From the NCBI GenBank assembly GCA_001643675.2, contig LSRY02000018.1, positions 62,001 through 126,000 of the forward strand: a DNA stretch of 64,000 nt, read 5' to 3'. The DNA comes from Monocercomonoides exilis PA203 (lineage: Eukaryota > Protista > Preaxostyla). The position numbers and the translations under genes are program-made. Below, one piece after another: positions 62,034 to 64,000 of the stretch (the first letter of the stretch is position 1; every line of letters starts with the position of its first letter). The notes beneath the pieces are model-generated. The model ran no database searches, was not told the DNA's origin, and saw only the letters and a list, made by a program, of their open reading frames with translations.

Positions 62034-64000
62034 CCTCTCCTTCATCCACAAATAACTCCTTCTTTGATATCTCTCATATTGTCCCGTGCAATTCTGGGTG
62101 TGAGCCTCTTTCGATTGTTGAGATGGATGGCATATTCATCCAAGTCATATGGCACAACTCACACCATCGTTACTTCCCTTTCTCATGTGAGTCAAACGGA
62201 AATGAAGAAAGAGAAGAAAGAGAAGGAGAAGAAGATATAAAAGAAGAGAAAGAAGAAGAAGGCGAAATTTTAATGAAAAAGGAAAATTCATGCCATATTG
62301 AAGATGTTGATTCTTTGTGTTCTTCTTCTTCTTCTTCTTCTTCTTCATTTCCACAAAATGATAACAAAACGAACCAACAATCAAATTCGACGATTATTTC
62401 AAAAGAACAACAGAAATATCTTCAATTTCTTAGCAAATATCTTCCTTTTATCAACATTTTGAAATCGCTTGCAAATTCTTCTTCTTCTTCAATCAACAAA
62501 GTAATTAAAACTTTTCAAAACATTTTTCATCATCTTCCCCAATTTCATTCTCTTCTTTTTTCTTCTTCTTCCTCTTCTTCCTCTTTCTCTTCTCCTCATC
62601 TTCCTCCTCTTCCTCCTCTTCCTCTTCCCTCTCCCACTTTCCTTTCCCCCAATCTTCCCCTCATCTCCCTCTCCTTCAATGATTATTTCATCTCCAATCT
62701 CTTTTGCCTCTCTTCCTTCCAACACTCCATCCTGCCCCACCAAACCCGCTCTGCTTTGCTCGAATCTCTTCGTATTCCTCTTTTCCCCCTCCCCTTTTCA
62801 CACAGAAAACTTTCTCCTTCTTTCGTTTTGGCCACAAAAAGACTCATTTGCGAGCGTTGTTTCAGTGCTGGCTTTCGAACAGGAATGTTCTTTGATGCCG
62901 AAGAATACGAAGTGTTTGTGAGAATCGCTGCGAAATCGTATGGATCGAAGGAGAGTTTGTGTTCGCGCTTTGGAGAGGAATGGGAGAGAGGAGAAGGAGA
63001 AGAGGAGGAGGAGGATGAGGGAGAAGGAGAAGAGAGAGAAGGAGAGGGAGAAGGAGAAGAAGACAATGAATGGGGAGGAAGAAGCCAAACTGACTGGAAA
63101 ACAGGGAGATTTCTGAAAAGCAGCCAGAAAGAGAGGATGGAAGAGGACGAGATGGAAGATTGGACAAAGAATTATCGAGGCGATGGGCAAAGCGAAGGAA
63201 GAAGTGTGTTTTCGAATTGGGAGAAGATGCATCCCTATCAGAATGAGAAGTACTCAGCTGTTGTGAAGACAGTTGTGCAGTGTGTGGGAGTGAATGAGTG
63301 GAGAGGAAGAGGAAAGAAAAGAGGAGGAGAAAGAGGAGAAAGAGGAGAAGAAGAAGATTGTATGCAACAGAATAACAATATGCATTCAAGTGCGACTTCA
63401 TCATCAAGTCTTTCTCCTTCATTGCCATTACAAGCATCATCTTCCTCTTCTTCCTCCTCCTCCCCTCATCCTTCCACTCTCTTTCTCAATGTCGAATCAG
63501 ATGGAAGAGTAAGCCAAACATATGTCCCTTCTTCTCTTTCTTCTCAAAATGGCTTGATTGTTGTGGGTGACTTGCATGGCAACTTAACAGCACTTCTGAG
63601 TGTTCTGGAAGTTGTTGATCGATTTCTGCTGACAGATGAATTAGAAGATGAGTGGGAGATGAATGAAAAATGTAATCCTTTGTGTTCTTCTTCTCTTTCT
63701 CCTCCTTCATCTTCTTCCTTCTCCCCCGAAATACCAACCAACAACCCCCAAACCTCCCCTTCCTCTTCCTCTTTACCTTCCCCTTCCCCCTCATTCCCTC
63801 GTCTCCCTCGTCTCCCCCACTCTTCTGTAGTCTTTCTGGGTGATTATATCGACAGAGGTGTACATTCACTCGAAGTGATTGTTCTTCTTCTGATGTATCG
63901 GATGATGTGTCCCAGCCGCATTTTCCTGCTGAGAGGCAATCACGAGGCAATGAGGCCGGGAATGAATGCAGAACTGGCAGAGGTGGTGAAGATGTACAAA
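56090..64000 (+). CDS. Giant low-complexity protein with a PPP-family Ser/Thr phosphatase domain, truncated by the window edge
   Basis: The frame opens after TAA 56087-56089, and the same frame encodes [10 protein letters not shown] (about 63554), [17 protein letters not shown] and IFLLRGNHE. No stop-terminated ORF is listed in this frame, consistent with more than 2600 open codons. Confidence 0.8.

Noticed and set aside
1-64000. Genome-wide TAA/TAG=Gln code
   Set aside because: Multi-kb ORFs are open under the standard code, and conserved proteins (eIF4A-like, ALDH, pol) end at TAA/TAG at the expected positions.

Overview
Intron-containing eukaryotic DNA read with the standard genetic code. 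The AT-rich short introns (GTTTGA/GTATGA donors), pervasive (TCT)n/(GAA)n poly-Ser/poly-Glu coding tracts, a giant GGA-repeat membrane protein and an uncharacterised helical family suggest an oxymonad such as Monocercomonoides (inference). Host genes: an open-ended low-complexity gene head-to-head with glucosidase II alpha (GH31); katanin p80; a motif-degenerate eIF4A paralogue; an orphan ALDH3-type 3' exon; an EH-domain endocytic scaffold; a 2604-aa receptor-like pseudokinase; and a giant PPP-family phosphatase running off the right edge. An 8-kb transposon island (14.0-21.8 kb) holds three elements. The first is a GGC-ended MITE with an 8-bp TSD. The second is a TA-flanked 2.2-kb element with 446-bp inverted repeats. 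The third is a full-length DIRS-type retrotransposon (gag, RT-RNaseH-methyltransferase, tyrosine recombinase, ITRs and internal complementary region) whose recombinase has an atypical catalytic motif and whose two overlapping frames each carry a single GAA-TAA stop. A decayed Merlin/IS1595-like transposon with an apparent intron, TIRs and TSD lies at 36.35-37.87 kb. All calls come from reading motifs by eye; no database searches were run.
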